Of a stretch of DNA of 64,000 nucleotides, positions 19,159 through 29,587 are shown piece after piece (position 1 is the stretch's first letter; every line of letters starts with the position of its first letter). Origin of the DNA: Patescibacteria group bacterium (GTDB taxonomy: Bacteria; Patescibacteriota; Microgenomatia; UBA10105; UBA927); contig JBGSUE010000045.1 in assembly GCA_041753515.1 (NCBI GenBank), forward strand, positions 2,027 through 66,026. Reading direction: 5' to 3'. The translations under genes and the position numbers were made by a program. The notes below the pieces were generated by a model that saw only the letters and a list, made by a program, of their open reading frames with translations, searched no databases and was not told the origin of the DNA.

Positions 19159-20927
19159 AAATTAGCATGTTTTACCCCGAACTTATCAGCAAGAAGTTGC
19201 TGAATAAGATATTGTGGTAAATTAAGTTGAATATCAATCTTGTCAGGTATTAACTGATCCTTCTTTGGTACACCAGCAATGCGATCCTTGTCGGTCTTTG
19301 GTCGGGCATACACAACAACTTGATCTATGATCATATGGATGAGTTCATACAATTCTTTTTCATCCTTTTCTGCTTTATTCAAGGCTTTCTCGTATTTTTT
19401 GGCATAAAGCTCCAGACTATACACATAGCCCTTTGATAAAGACTCCTGAGCAAGCTCAAAATCAATCTTTTTAATGCTTTCATTGCAATTACTTTCTTGT
19501 TTTTTTAATTCAGCAATTTGCTTGTTCAGTTCTTCAATATCAATATGTCCATGTGCGTGTTGATTGAGGATATTAGTCTTGATCTTGGGTATGGCATTAA
19601 GTATCTTAGTCCATCGCTTTCGTTCTTTTTTCAAACGATCAATGTTAATGCGAGATGAGTCTAACCCTTTCTGATATTCGTAAGTAGCTTTGGGATTGCT
19701 TAAAAGTTGCTTAACAAACTCAATAACATATTCTTCTAACTCATCTGCTGGAATAGGTATTACTGGACAGTTGTTCTGAGGGTATTTCTTCTTGTTTTTT
19801 CTGTTGCATTGGTAATAATAGGAAAAGTCTAATTTTTTACCTACATATTTTCTTGCTCCTGTCCAAGACCATTCGGATTCTTTTGATCCTCCCAGACTCC
19901 TGCAATGGTCGCATTTTAATAGACCAGATAGCAAGTAAAAATGTTGGTCAACCTTTCTCTGGGCAAGAGTTCTCCTTGCAGAGACCTCCTTCAATATCTT
20001 TTGAGCCAAATCAAACAATGGTTGCGGGATTATTGGCTCATGTTTATATGGAGATAATTTCCACTCACCCTTTGGTAAACGCTTACTTTTAACTGTCTTG
20101 TCGTAGTAGCGAGTACCGATATACACCTCATCCTCCAAGATCGATCTCACTGTTTCCATACGCCAGAAATGTATTGGGTTGGTCTTGCGAGGTTTTCCCT
20201 TGCGCTTGTTGTTGTTAATCGCTGAGATTTCAGGACTAACCATTTTTTGCTCCTGGAGAGTGTCTGCAATTTTCTGTGGACTGAGTCCACCTGTTGTAAA
20301 TAATCCAAAAATCATTTCTACAACATCAGATTCTTCCTTGAGAATTACCAAGTGTCCATTTTCGTCCTTGTTGTAACCATAAGGAGCGTTAGCCCCCATT
20401 AACTTTCCTTGTTTTATCGCTTCTTCACGACCACCTCTGGTTCTTGCCAAGATATTTTCTCGTTCAAGTTCTGCAAGGACGCCCATAATGCCAAGCATAG
20501 CCTTACCAAATGGGGTAGAAGTATCTATACTTTCAGTTGCCGAGAGAAACTCAATTTTATTTTCTTCAAAAAACTCAACAGTATCCATCAGTATCCGAAG
20601 TTTTCTGGCAAAACGATCTATCTTGAAAACTGCCACTGTATCAAAAGGTTTGTTACCCTTGGGAGCGAGAAGATAATCCTCCATCAATTTTCTGAAACCT
20701 GGTCTTTCTTCAAGTTTTACAGTTCCACTAATGTCATCATTATAGACGTGGTTTTCACCAGCAAATACAAATGATGGTTGCCCACTGTTCATATTTAACT
20801 TCGTTTTCAATAATGCTTCCACTGCTGATCTCTGAACATTAGGCCCAAACTTTTCTGCCTGATCATCTGTTGAGACTCGAATGTAAAAGGCAACCCTTCG
20901 TGGGATTTCTTGCTGTTTTCTATCCAT
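19155..20927 (-). CDS. large serine recombinase (serine integrase type)
   Basis: N-terminal resolvase catalytic domain (AFYIRVSTDDQ), recombinase domain and Cys-rich zinc ribbon (CDHC..CNRKNKKKYPQNNC), 590 aa. Confidence 0.9.
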   Translation of the reverse strand: MDRKQQEIPRRVAFYIRVSTDDQAEKFGPNVQRSAVEALLKTKLNMNSGQPSFVFAGENHVYNDDISGTVKLEERPGFRKLMEDYLLAPKGNKPFDTVAVFKIDRFARKLRILMDTVEFFEENKIEFLSATESIDTSTPFGKAMLGIMGVLAELERENILARTRGGREEAIKQGKLMGANAPYGYNKDENGHLVILKEESDVVEMIFGLFTTGGLSPQKIADTLQEQKMVSPEISAINNNKRKGKPRKTNPIHFWRMETVRSILEDEVYIGTRYYDKTVKSKRLPKGEWKLSPYKHEPIIPQPLFDLAQKILKEVSARRTLAQRKVDQHFYLLSGLLKCDHCRSLGGSKESEWSWTGARKYVGKKLDFSYYYQCNRKNKKKYPQNNCPVIPIPADELEEYVIEFVKQLLSNPKATYEYQKGLDSSRINIDRLKKERKRWTKILNAIPKIKTNILNQHAHGHIDIEELNKQIAELKKQESNCNESIKKIDFELAQESLSKGYVYSLELYAKKYEKALNKAEKDEKELYELIHMIIDQVVVYARPKTDKDRIAGVPKKDQLIPDKIDIQLNLPQYLIQQLLADKFGVKHANL

Positions 20928-21057
20928 ATTTCTTTACACTTGCAACAAGAGATAAGATTAAGTTCCTGGTGGGTTATCTCTATTTAGAGTATTATACTAA
21001 TTTTAGCGAGATTACACAAAGAGTTGAGTGAGGGTTTTGAAGTTATACTCGATAAAA

Positions 21058-21753
21058 TCAACTTGGGACAGGCTGACTAATTACAGGTTTCCCTGAATAG
21101 TCAATTAAAGTTAAGCCATTTTTAGCCAAAATTTCTGCCAATCTTACTTCGGGTGGCCTGAAATCATGGGGAGTATCATCAAATGAAACTGATTCTTCAA
21201 TAATCTTGGTTTTTTCTTCAACCAGTAGGTGTAGGTTATTTCTTCCAATAAAGTCGTTAATGACCTTCATAACAGAGAGGACTGGCGTTACAGAATCGTT
21301 GACGATTTTGAGTGGCATCCCTATCTTTTCTTCTTGCTCCAACGCCTTATCAAGTCGTTTGACTAACTTTGGTAACAGTTTTGTGGACAGGTACTCCATT
21401 TGCTCCAGTGAGGCTTTTTGCAAATCAGATCGTAGTAAGTCCAATTCAACTTCTTGTTTAACGACCAGTGCAATCCGTTTCGTGAGGCTGGCTTTATGAT
21501 ACTTATTCCTGTAATTCTCAACTGCCTTGTAACTGGGAAGTTCAACTGCTGGATATTGCTCACAAAGAGCTGCTAAGGCTTTTACTGGAGAAAGTTTATG
21601 AGTAAGAAGCTCATCGAGCTTGGTTCTTACTTCCTGGGGCAAAGCATGGATACTGGACTTAAAACCATCTCGTTTAAGTTGAGTTGCTTTCTGGAGATTG
21701 GCAACTCGGGTGAGATAGAAGTCGTCTTGTGGATTAGTATTTGGATCAATCAT
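21058..21753 (-). CDS. DUF3486-like phage protein (Mu gp27 / small terminase-like DNA-binding protein)
   Basis: LPQEVRTKLDELL...SYKAVENYRNKY pattern typical of DUF3486. Confidence 0.4.
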   Translation of the reverse strand: MIDPNTNPQDDFYLTRVANLQKATQLKRDGFKSSIHALPQEVRTKLDELLTHKLSPVKALAALCEQYPAVELPSYKAVENYRNKYHKASLTKRIALVVKQEVELDLLRSDLQKASLEQMEYLSTKLLPKLVKRLDKALEQEEKIGMPLKIVNDSVTPVLSVMKVINDFIGRNNLHLLVEEKTKIIEESVSFDDTPHDFRPPEVRLAEILAKNGLTLIDYSGKPVISQPVPS

Positions 21754-21848
21754 ATTCGCTTACTTAATTATAGCGAAAATGAGGGGTTTTGATCCATCTA
21801 TTTACAATTACTATCCTTCCATTTAGAAGGCTGCTGACCTGGAAAGTG

Positions 21849-22832
21849 TTACGAAAGCACTTTTTCTTTCAATTGCCCTATTAGTTTTCCCTCAATTTCA
21901 ATTTCACCGCTTTTTAATTGCTCTTGCGTATCAAACTCAGTATCAAATCCAGGTATGTGGATTTTACCATCTGGTTTTGTTCTTCCAGATTTAACCTTTT
22001 TCACCAACTCCGAGGAATTTTGCTTAAACTTATCAGTTCCAATTAAAAGATTTGGGCTAAATGCCATATAAAATGTTCCCCAATCTCCTTCATCAAATAC
22101 AAAAGATGCTCCTGTCAATGCACCAGCCAACAACTCCACCACCATTGCAAGACCAGACCCTTTATATGAACGATCAAACGGAAGAATCGCACCTTTCATA
22201 GCTAATTCTGGATCGGTGGTTAATTCACCATTTTTATCTACTGCGACATTTTCGGGTAACTTTTGACCTAACACCTTTGCCCTAACCAATCCATACCATG
22301 TTATTGCTGATGCAGCCATATCAAAGACGATAGGGTGTTCAATCGTTGGAAAGCCAAATGCGATAGGATTCGTACCATATGCCGGATCAATTCCTCCATG
22401 ATGTAATACTCCTCGTGGAGAACTTGCTGCTACAATTCCTATTAAATCTTGCTGTGCCATTTTTCTGGCATAGTAACTGATTGCCCCGACACTTGAAAAA
22501 GTATTATTTGTACCTACAACAGCAAATCCTTTTTTCTTTGCGATCTCTATTGCCTTATCTGTTGCAACTTGAGCTGCAAGAGGTCCAGCTGCCCCTCCAC
22601 CATCAATTAAAGCTGATAGCTCTGTCTCTTTAATAGTCTTTGGAGGGTATTTTGGTTTTATATCCTGAGCAGGCTCTGAACCAAGTAATTTGAGCAGTCC
22701 TTGAGTGTTTTTCCCTGTAAGTTCTGCGTACAAAAAAACATCAGCAATTTTCTCTGCTTCATCAGCTGAATAGTATTTGCTTGTTAGAGCTTTTGTCATT
22801 AGCTCTCTCAACTTTGAGATTTTTATCTTCAT
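21849..22832 (-). CDS. Ldh_2 family oxidoreductase (malate/L-lactate/ureidoglycolate dehydrogenase family 2)
   Basis: Overall Ldh_2 architecture (~330 aa), GTNPIAFGFP and HGG motifs. Confidence 0.7.
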   Translation of the reverse strand: MKIKISKLRELMTKALTSKYYSADEAEKIADVFLYAELTGKNTQGLLKLLGSEPAQDIKPKYPPKTIKETELSALIDGGGAAGPLAAQVATDKAIEIAKKKGFAVVGTNNTFSSVGAISYYARKMAQQDLIGIVAASSPRGVLHHGGIDPAYGTNPIAFGFPTIEHPIVFDMAASAITWYGLVRAKVLGQKLPENVAVDKNGELTTDPELAMKGAILPFDRSYKGSGLAMVVELLAGALTGASFVFDEGDWGTFYMAFSPNLLIGTDKFKQNSSELVKKVKSGRTKPDGKIHIPGFDTEFDTQEQLKSGEIEIEGKLIGQLKEKVLS

Positions 22833-22870
22833 AGCGTTATTTTATCAGAAAGTGATCCCGTCTGACATAA

Positions 22871-22894
22871 GAAAACCCCTCCATGAAGAAGGGG
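22871..22894 (-). terminator. rho-independent terminator after the DUF4352 gene
   Basis: Minus-strand CCCCT-N9-AGGGG stem followed by TTTTCTT. Confidence 0.5.
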
Positions 22895-22921
22895 CTTTCT
22901 CTTAAAGAACAGGCCTATTCT

Positions 22922-23476
22922 TTACTGTAATTTCACTTTTGCACCTTTGCCAAATAATGAACCTTTGACAAGAAGCATAGGATTACTAATATCTGATGGT
23001 AAATCAAATACTAAGTCTCCTGTGACAGAAAGTGATGGTTGAACCTGTTGCAAGAACAGATCAACATTTCCCTGAGCCATACCTTTGGCTGTTTGACCCT
23101 CGATTGAGCGTTCAAACTCACGACCTTGATCATCAGTCACTTTTGCCATTGAACTGTCAAAAGTAGCTGTCTTGTTACCTTTATTTTCTATCTTCAAAGT
23201 CACAACATAGAATGTGCCTTGTGAGTTCTTCTGGGTGTATGAATTACCCAGAGACTTTGCAGTTTCAACATTGGTAACTGTGAAAGCTAAATCACCATCT
23301 TGGACTACTTCATTAAGTCCATATTGTTTTTCGCTTTCAGCCTTACTACCTCCATTGGAAGCAGAATTACTGTTGGAGTTAGATGATTGATTGTCTGACT
23401 TTCCAGCTCCAGCAATTGCTCCGATAACGATAAGTACAACGAAGCCGATAAGACCCCATTTTAGGATTTTCTTCAT
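22922..23476 (-). CDS. DUF4352-like membrane-anchored protein
   Basis: N-terminal TM, Ser/Asn-rich linker, C-terminal beta domain (LAFTVTNVETAKSLG...TFYVVTLKIENKGNKTATF) typical of DUF4352. Confidence 0.6.
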   Translation of the reverse strand: MKKILKWGLIGFVVLIVIGAIAGAGKSDNQSSNSNSNSASNGGSKAESEKQYGLNEVVQDGDLAFTVTNVETAKSLGNSYTQKNSQGTFYVVTLKIENKGNKTATFDSSMAKVTDDQGREFERSIEGQTAKGMAQGNVDLFLQQVQPSLSVTGDLVFDLPSDISNPMLLVKGSLFGKGAKVKLQ

Positions 23477-23523
23477 AATGTGTTCACCCCCCTTCGAGTT
23501 AGGTTACTCATAATTTGTTCCTT

Positions 23524-23610
23524 TCTATTTTTTTAGAAAATAGATGGTTATAAGCGTAATTATAGCAGAAAACACCCATTGTAGTGCGTGGATTAGTATG
23601 GGTGTTTTTT
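23524..23610. promoter_or_regulatory. divergent control region with 8-bp palindrome TCTATTTTTTTAGAAAATAGA and an ACACCCAT/ATGGGTGT hairpin plus T-tract immediately upstream of the XRE gene
   Basis: Perfect palindromes between divergent genes; candidate operators or attenuator. Confidence 0.4.
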
Positions 23611-23623
23611 ATGTAATAAGAGC

Positions 23624-23881
23624 ATGAAACCAAAAACGATCGAAAGATCACAGGAAAGGAGAGAGGAAAAGAAGAAGTTTGGTTCTAAAATTGGCAAGCA
23701 TCTGAGAAAGATTAGAGAGTCAAAAAATATCAGTCAGGAAAATCTTTCTTTGGCTGCTGGCTACTACCGAACTTATGTAGGTAAGATTGAGATGGGTAAC
23801 TATTCTCCCAGTATGCACACAATTTGGAGACTATCGCATACGTTGGGTATGTCACTCGAGGACTTCTTCAAAGGATTTTAA
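23624..23881 (+). CDS. XRE-family helix-turn-helix transcriptional regulator
   Basis: HTH_3 pattern ISQENLSLAAGYYRTYVGKIEMGNYSPSMHTIWRLSHTLGMSLEDFF. Confidence 0.8.
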   Translation: MKPKTIERSQERREEKKKFGSKIGKHLRKIRESKNISQENLSLAAGYYRTYVGKIEMGNYSPSMHTIWRLSHTLGMSLEDFFKGF

Positions 23882-23882
23882 T

Positions 23883-24389
23883 CTATTGGCTTTTTGGCAT
23901 ATTCCGATGTATATCAATAAACCATCGGCTAAACTCATCTCTTAAATTTCTGATCCAATTAGCAATATCTTGTCCTTCACTCATCAATTCCATAAAGCGT
24001 TTATCGTAGTATTCTTTCTGAAAATGGAATACTCCATTTCGATAGCGTCTAAGCAATTCAACATTTGGAGATTTTAGTAGTGAATCAATTTTAGGATCAG
24101 TCAATTTTAATTCTTGCCATCCTTCAATAAGCACATAGAAAGTTCCATACCAAAGAGACATATAAAGAAAAGTATCAATGCCATTTTCAGTTTTTGGTAA
24201 TTCCACAGCAACAGGTTTCGACTCTGCCCTTTTAAGAATCTCATCGAAATGAACTCTCATTCTATCTGCCCAAATAAAATATCTATGCAGTGTGATAATT
24301 TCAGGTGTTAATTGGTTTTTGGTATCAGGATTTTCTGACATATTCGTATTATATCGAAAATCAGAATTGAGATTCATCTCTTTCCTCAA
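23883..24389 (-). CDS. hypothetical protein with HEPN-like R-N-x3-H motif (possible abortive-infection RNase)
   Basis: LLRRYRNGVFHFQ fits the Rx4-6H HEPN signature; helical; convergent with the XRE gene. Confidence 0.35.
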   Translation of the reverse strand: MRKEMNLNSDFRYNTNMSENPDTKNQLTPEIITLHRYFIWADRMRVHFDEILKRAESKPVAVELPKTENGIDTFLYMSLWYGTFYVLIEGWQELKLTDPKIDSLLKSPNVELLRRYRNGVFHFQKEYYDKRFMELMSEGQDIANWIRNLRDEFSRWFIDIHRNMPKSQ

Positions 24390-25002
24390 AAAACTGATAC
24401 AGCTCTAAGCACGCTTTCTTTGTTTTATCCTCCCCAGCAATATGCTTTTTATTCTTTATTCTTGATCCTTCTCGAAAGAACTCATTATCATCTTTGCCTA
24501 ATTCACGGCCTCGTTCAGTATGCTCATCAATGGCATATTCAGGTATCTCAGGCTTCCATCCTTGCTCTTTGCGTTTCAGAAGCACACCACCGAGATAATC
24601 AGTGTGACGTGATTTCTTGCTCCGAGCCATGTACGAAATGATGAACCCAAGAACATTGTTATCAACTTGGATCATTTTCTTTACCTTATCTTGAGCCAGC
24701 AGAGAAGAATATGTACTACTTACAAGAATCATTGCTTCTGGATTTGCCAGTCCAATATCTTCACCAGCGATAACTTGTAATCTTCTGAAACAGTATCGCC
24801 AAAATCCTGATTCATTTAGTTCAAATGCCCAATATGAAGCCATCAACTCATTACCTCTGCGGATTTCCTTTTGTAAAGCACTGACTATCTCATCTAACTT
24901 ATATCCATTTTTTGTTCTCAGTTCAAAACCTTTATACTTTTCAACCTTTTGTTCTTCGGTTTCTGTTGGTGTGTTTAATAATTTTTGTTGCTTTGTTTTC
25001 AT
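24361..25002 (-). CDS. hypothetical protein (island cargo)
   Basis: 213 aa, no recognised motif. Confidence 0.4.
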   Translation of the reverse strand: MKTKQQKLLNTPTETEEQKVEKYKGFELRTKNGYKLDEIVSALQKEIRRGNELMASYWAFELNESGFWRYCFRRLQVIAGEDIGLANPEAMILVSSTYSSLLAQDKVKKMIQVDNNVLGFIISYMARSKKSRHTDYLGGVLLKRKEQGWKPEIPEYAIDEHTERGRELGKDDNEFFREGSRIKNKKHIAGEDKTKKACLELYQFFEERDESQF

Positions 25003-25097
25003 AGTTTAGCTGTCATTATTTGCGACAGGCTGTCGCATATTTAATGGTTAATTTTTTAGGTGCTGTAATGAGAGTTATAGCTGGTTGAGTCATATTT

Positions 25098-26021
25098 TTA
25101 GTCAAAATTGATGGTATTAAATGTCTCGTAAAATCTTGGTAAATCAGCTTTCTTTTTAAGATTGTCATTGTAGACTTGAAGCATTTCTAAACTTTTGTGT
25201 CTGGTGTACTGGGCAACTGTAAGAATGTCACCTTTGTATGCCTTGATTAACTTGGTAGTGAAGTAGTGACGAAAGCCATGAACTGTTTTGTCAATCTCAA
25301 GGCTTCTAAGAATCGGGTTTATTAGGCAACGTATTGATTTGGTAGTTAAACGATGGTTTCGGCTGTTATTGCTGGTACTGGTGAATAACGCACCATCAGC
25401 AATTTTGTATTGCCTAATGTAATCTTTGAGGGCTGCAACAGCTACTGGATGTAAATCAATGATTTCTTTGTCATCCTGTCCCTTACCTTGAATAAAGGCT
25501 ACCTGTGAAACAAGATCAATTTCAGTTACATCCAGGCGAACTATCTCAATTTGTCTAAGTCCTTGCAGAATCAGGAGACTTAAAAGGGCTTTGATTCGAC
25601 TGGTGGAAAGATTAGAGTTTTGGGCTTGAATGTAGCTGAGGATTCTTTGTACTTCTTCCTCTGAAAAGCCATCTTTTTTATGTTTTCTGCTTTGTTGAAA
25701 GGATTTTACGTTTTGTGTAATGTCTATTGGCAAGTACCCTTGACGATGTAATTCTTTGCAATATACCCTTGCCACAATTAAATACTTATTCTTAGTGCTG
25801 ACAGCAAAATCAGTCCGTTGAGACAGGTGTCGCTTATATTCTAAGTAGCTATGCTTGGTAAATCCCTGTTTTTTAATGAAATCAATAAAACTGCCAATTC
25901 TTGAATAGTATTCTCGCCTGGTGTTTTCTGAGATATCCAAATGAGCGAATACCTGTGCGTTCCAATCAATAGGTACTAAATTATTTTCCATAACCATCTC
26001 TGCTCCAAGCAAGGAGTTCAA
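25098..26021 (-). CDS. tyrosine recombinase / phage-type integrase
   Basis: C-terminal catalytic HGFRHYFTT (HxxR) and terminal Tyr region TVAQYTRHKSLEMLQVY; N-terminal SAM-like domain. Confidence 0.85.
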   Translation of the reverse strand: MNSLLGAEMVMENNLVPIDWNAQVFAHLDISENTRREYYSRIGSFIDFIKKQGFTKHSYLEYKRHLSQRTDFAVSTKNKYLIVARVYCKELHRQGYLPIDITQNVKSFQQSRKHKKDGFSEEEVQRILSYIQAQNSNLSTSRIKALLSLLILQGLRQIEIVRLDVTEIDLVSQVAFIQGKGQDDKEIIDLHPVAVAALKDYIRQYKIADGALFTSTSNNSRNHRLTTKSIRCLINPILRSLEIDKTVHGFRHYFTTKLIKAYKGDILTVAQYTRHKSLEMLQVYNDNLKKKADLPRFYETFNTINFD

Positions 26022-26315
26022 ACAATTTGTAACTATTTCTGGTGGAGTTATTGATTCTTCTGATGATTTCTGCTTGCGAGAGAAGTGTTGAAGATTTTCT
26101 GATTTTTCTTTTCCTAATTTCCTTACTTTTTATTGCCATATCAATCTAATTAACGATTATTTGTTGTATATGTATATGATACCTGAGCTCAACCTCTTGT
26201 CAAATTGAGGGTATCCAGATGGATTGATTTGATAGGCCATAGCGTATTTTCCAGAATGGTATCTGTTTTTTGGAAGAATAAAACTTCGTTAAGACTTTTC
26301 TGATAAAATATAATA

Positions 26316-26780
26316 GTGAAATCAGTCAATATGACAAATAATAATCTTTCGGTGGTTGACGCAATCAATCTTTCTTCTATTGAGTTACTTGTACCGCTAA
26401 TTGATAAGTACCCAGTACTGAAGAACATTTTGAATAATAGTAAAAGCAAAAATCCTTCAGATGACTGGGATTATTTTATGACCGCAGCAGGATCAGGGAT
26501 TGTTTTGATCTCAAGCGAAACATACAAAGGCGAGCATAATGAAGTGAAATCCAGAGCTTCTGAAATATACAAAGATATACATAGAGCAATTGAGGACTTT
26601 ATTGCCTTCATGAACAAAAATAAAGCCACTGATAAGCTGATCCCTCCCACGATCGGCTTATGGGTACTTTGGAACATCAAGCAAGAAGAACCTTCCTACG
26701 ATGAAATGAAAGAACTTGCACCTGTAATAGGTAATTTACTTATTAAAATTATCTCTGACTGGAAAAGCAGCAGAAGTTAG
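26316..26780 (+). CDS. hypothetical protein, first gene of a five-gene island operon
   Basis: 154 aa; tightly spaced with the downstream genes. Confidence 0.4.
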   Translation: MKSVNMTNNNLSVVDAINLSSIELLVPLIDKYPVLKNILNNSKSKNPSDDWDYFMTAAGSGIVLISSETYKGEHNEVKSRASEIYKDIHRAIEDFIAFMNKNKATDKLIPPTIGLWVLWNIKQEEPSYDEMKELAPVIGNLLIKIISDWKSSRS

Positions 26781-26803
26781 TAATTCTTTGGAGGTAGAAG
26801 TAA

Positions 26804-27952
26804 ATGAAGTTTGGAATTAGAACGCCATCGTTGAAGCGGAGAATTGCAGCCAGAACATCCTGGAAGCGAGTAGTAAGGCATAATTTGGGCTTGAAAGCTC
26901 CCAAGGGGATGGGGATATTAACAAACCCGAAGAAAGCTCTGTATAACAAGGTATATAATAAAACAACAGTGAGTGTAGATAATTTGCTGAAAGGGCATCC
27001 ACCTATACCAGCAGTACCATCTACTTCTCATAAACCAAATATGGAAGATCAACACCAATCAGGCATTCAAATAAACAACACAGGAAGCATTATCAGAAGC
27101 TCAAGCAAGGCTTTGACTGTCACCAGTAAGAACTTTCACAAACTTCGACAGGAGATCACGGATATTTACAACCAGAGACAGGAGTTAATTAAAAAACTCA
27201 ACTCTGCAAAGACTAAATTGTTTCTTCTGACTACAGTACATTTCGGGAGCTATCTGGTAATTATTGGTTTCTTCTACAAGAAAATTGCTGAATCAAGAAA
27301 TACTCAGCAACAGATTGTCAAAGATTTGGAAAAGCAGGTTTCAGAAACCTTCGTTAACCTTACGTTTGCTGACAAATCCCAACTGGAAAAAAGCTGGCTG
27401 AATTGCATTGATACCTTTAAGGAACTTATGGGTAGCGAAAAGATTTGGGACATTACTTACGCAGAGGGGGTTAACAGAGCACAAGCACGTACAGTAGCTC
27501 AGACAGCCACCAAGAGAACCTTGATCCCCCGCACTGAACGAGAGATTGAGTTTATCAAGAGTGACTTGCCTCATTTGCTTCTTCCCAACGCTAATGGACC
27601 AGACGTGTTTTTCTATCCCACATTCTTACTACTGTTCAAAGACAATCAGGAGTTTGGTATTTTTGATCTTAAAGAAATAACAGTTGCTATGAAACTTTCA
27701 GGATACATTGAAGAAGAAAGCGTTCCAAAAGATACTGAGATCATTCAGCACACATGGAAAAAAGCCAATAAGGATGGCTCTGGAGACAAGCGATTCAAAG
27801 GGAACTATCAGATTCCCATAGTGAAATACGGAGATATGACGATTGAAGCAGAGGGAGGACTTGAAGAATCATTCATGTTTAGTAATTTCGATGCTTTTGG
27901 TGATTTTGCAAAAACCTTTGAATACCACGCCTCATTATTGCGCAAGCTCTAA
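26804..27952 (+). CDS. hypothetical protein with basic DUF4236-like N-terminus and one central TM helix
   Basis: MKFGIRTPSLKRRIAARTSWKR... then LFLLTTVHFGSYLVIIGFFY TM, ~200 aa C-terminal domain. Confidence 0.45.
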   Translation: MKFGIRTPSLKRRIAARTSWKRVVRHNLGLKAPKGMGILTNPKKALYNKVYNKTTVSVDNLLKGHPPIPAVPSTSHKPNMEDQHQSGIQINNTGSIIRSSSKALTVTSKNFHKLRQEITDIYNQRQELIKKLNSAKTKLFLLTTVHFGSYLVIIGFFYKKIAESRNTQQQIVKDLEKQVSETFVNLTFADKSQLEKSWLNCIDTFKELMGSEKIWDITYAEGVNRAQARTVAQTATKRTLIPRTEREIEFIKSDLPHLLLPNANGPDVFFYPTFLLLFKDNQEFGIFDLKEITVAMKLSGYIEEESVPKDTEIIQHTWKKANKDGSGDKRFKGNYQIPIVKYGDMTIEAEGGLEESFMFSNFDAFGDFAKTFEYHASLLRKL

Positions 27953-27954
27953 CT

Positions 27955-28713
27955 ATGTTTGGCATCTTCAATAAAACGAAATACTCAAATGACGATGACG
28001 CAATAACAGCACTCATGCGAATCTCCAGTATGGGTTTTGGTGGTGAACAAGATTTTGAGAAAAATAACATGCTCAAAGTATTGGAAGAAGTTGAAGGTTA
28101 TGCCAGTAATCTTCAAAACCCTAAACTTGGCTATTGGTTGGGTATTGCTTGGAGAAACTTTACTGCATGGCACATCAGGGGCGATGAAAGAAAAGAATAC
28201 CTTGAAAAATCAGTTTACTACTACGATAAAGCACTGGAACTTTCCAAAAATAGATTACCTATCCAATTACCCCTCGAACAACGTCATGATGCTGAATATC
28301 TTGATCAAATAGATATTGCAGGGGATTTAGGTGACATGCTGGTAAACGAAGTGCCTATTAGAGATTTAGATCGTGCTGAGAAAGTATTGCAGTTTGTTTT
28401 TGACAACACTGATGAATACGAGCCTTGCCTTTGTGCTTATGCTGAACTCTTTTACAAGCGTGGCAATTATCTCAAGAGTGCCGAGATAGGCTTAGATATC
28501 AGCGACAGGTGTGCAAAATCACCTGAATGGAGAGACGATCCACCCCCTGCTCCATTGGGAATTGTAGGGAGCGCATATAGAGCCTTAGCAAAACAGGCAA
28601 AAAAAGCAGGCAGATCAAATGAAGCGATTGAGATATTTCAGAAAATGAAAGATTTGAAGGTTGCTTCTGAAAATGATTTGAAGATACTTGAACGACTGCA
28701 ATCAGAAAAATAA
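27955..28713 (+). CDS. hypothetical helical (TPR-like) protein
   Basis: Starts 3 nt after the upstream stop; repeated amphipathic helix pairs (YLEKSVYYYDKALELSKN). Confidence 0.45.
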   Translation: MFGIFNKTKYSNDDDAITALMRISSMGFGGEQDFEKNNMLKVLEEVEGYASNLQNPKLGYWLGIAWRNFTAWHIRGDERKEYLEKSVYYYDKALELSKNRLPIQLPLEQRHDAEYLDQIDIAGDLGDMLVNEVPIRDLDRAEKVLQFVFDNTDEYEPCLCAYAELFYKRGNYLKSAEIGLDISDRCAKSPEWRDDPPPAPLGIVGSAYRALAKQAKKAGRSNEAIEIFQKMKDLKVASENDLKILERLQSEK

Positions 28714-28762
28714 TCTTATAACACTTACTCCAGGCTGGCTCATCTCTTGATATAATCAGAGC

Positions 28763-29587
28763 ATGAAATTAAGCGATGGTGCATCCGAAAGAATAAAAGA
28801 AAAATTAGATAAACTCAAAACTCGAGTTGGACATAGAAAACTCATTTCTGACATTCTGTTTCCTTCAAAACAGAAAGAACTAAATCGACAAGTTGTCAAT
28901 CAATATGCGGATAACTTGGACAAGAAGATAAAAAGGATCGAACCACTAATACGATCGTTGAAGTCACATACTGACTACATTGGCGATCCAGACAAGTTTG
29001 TTGCAGCTTATTTGCTCATAGGCAAAAGTTATACCAGTCTCAAGGCGGTAACTATCTTGGTAAGACAAGGCTACTCATTTCAGATAGTTGAGCTTGTTAG
29101 ATCATCAATGGAGTCACTGAATCTCTCTGTGCTCTTTTTTGAAGATGGACAGGAGGAGTTATTAAAAAAGTGGTTTGAAGGCGAAATTGTTGGCAATAGA
29201 AAGGCTCGTGAGGTACTTAATGCTGCTGTTAATAAGATGAAACAGGATATGGGAGACGAACAAGTACCGATGAAAGAAGCGTTGTCTGATGTCTACTCCA
29301 TTTACTCGGCCTACACACATAGCGGATACTCTGCACTGTTTGATTTCATTGACGTTTTCAAAGAAGATTTTGATTTCGAACAATACACACAATTTCATTA
29401 CAGCCGCAAAAACCTTGAATTGATTGATAATCTCTACTTCAATACCTTGCTTGGTCTGAAAAATTACTACATCAGAGCAAAAGACGAGGAAAACTTGGCA
29501 AAGGTCGAGGCTCTGATAAGTAAGGAAGGTGGACAACTTGCAACTCCTGAACAAATTGCTATTGAAATGCAAAGATATAAAAAATGA
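28763..29587 (+). CDS. hypothetical protein (weak Rx4H motif RSLKSH)
   Basis: 274 aa; stop overlaps the next start (ATGA). Confidence 0.45.
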   Translation: MKLSDGASERIKEKLDKLKTRVGHRKLISDILFPSKQKELNRQVVNQYADNLDKKIKRIEPLIRSLKSHTDYIGDPDKFVAAYLLIGKSYTSLKAVTILVRQGYSFQIVELVRSSMESLNLSVLFFEDGQEELLKKWFEGEIVGNRKAREVLNAAVNKMKQDMGDEQVPMKEALSDVYSIYSAYTHSGYSALFDFIDVFKEDFDFEQYTQFHYSRKNLELIDNLYFNTLLGLKNYYIRAKDEENLAKVEALISKEGGQLATPEQIAIEMQRYKK

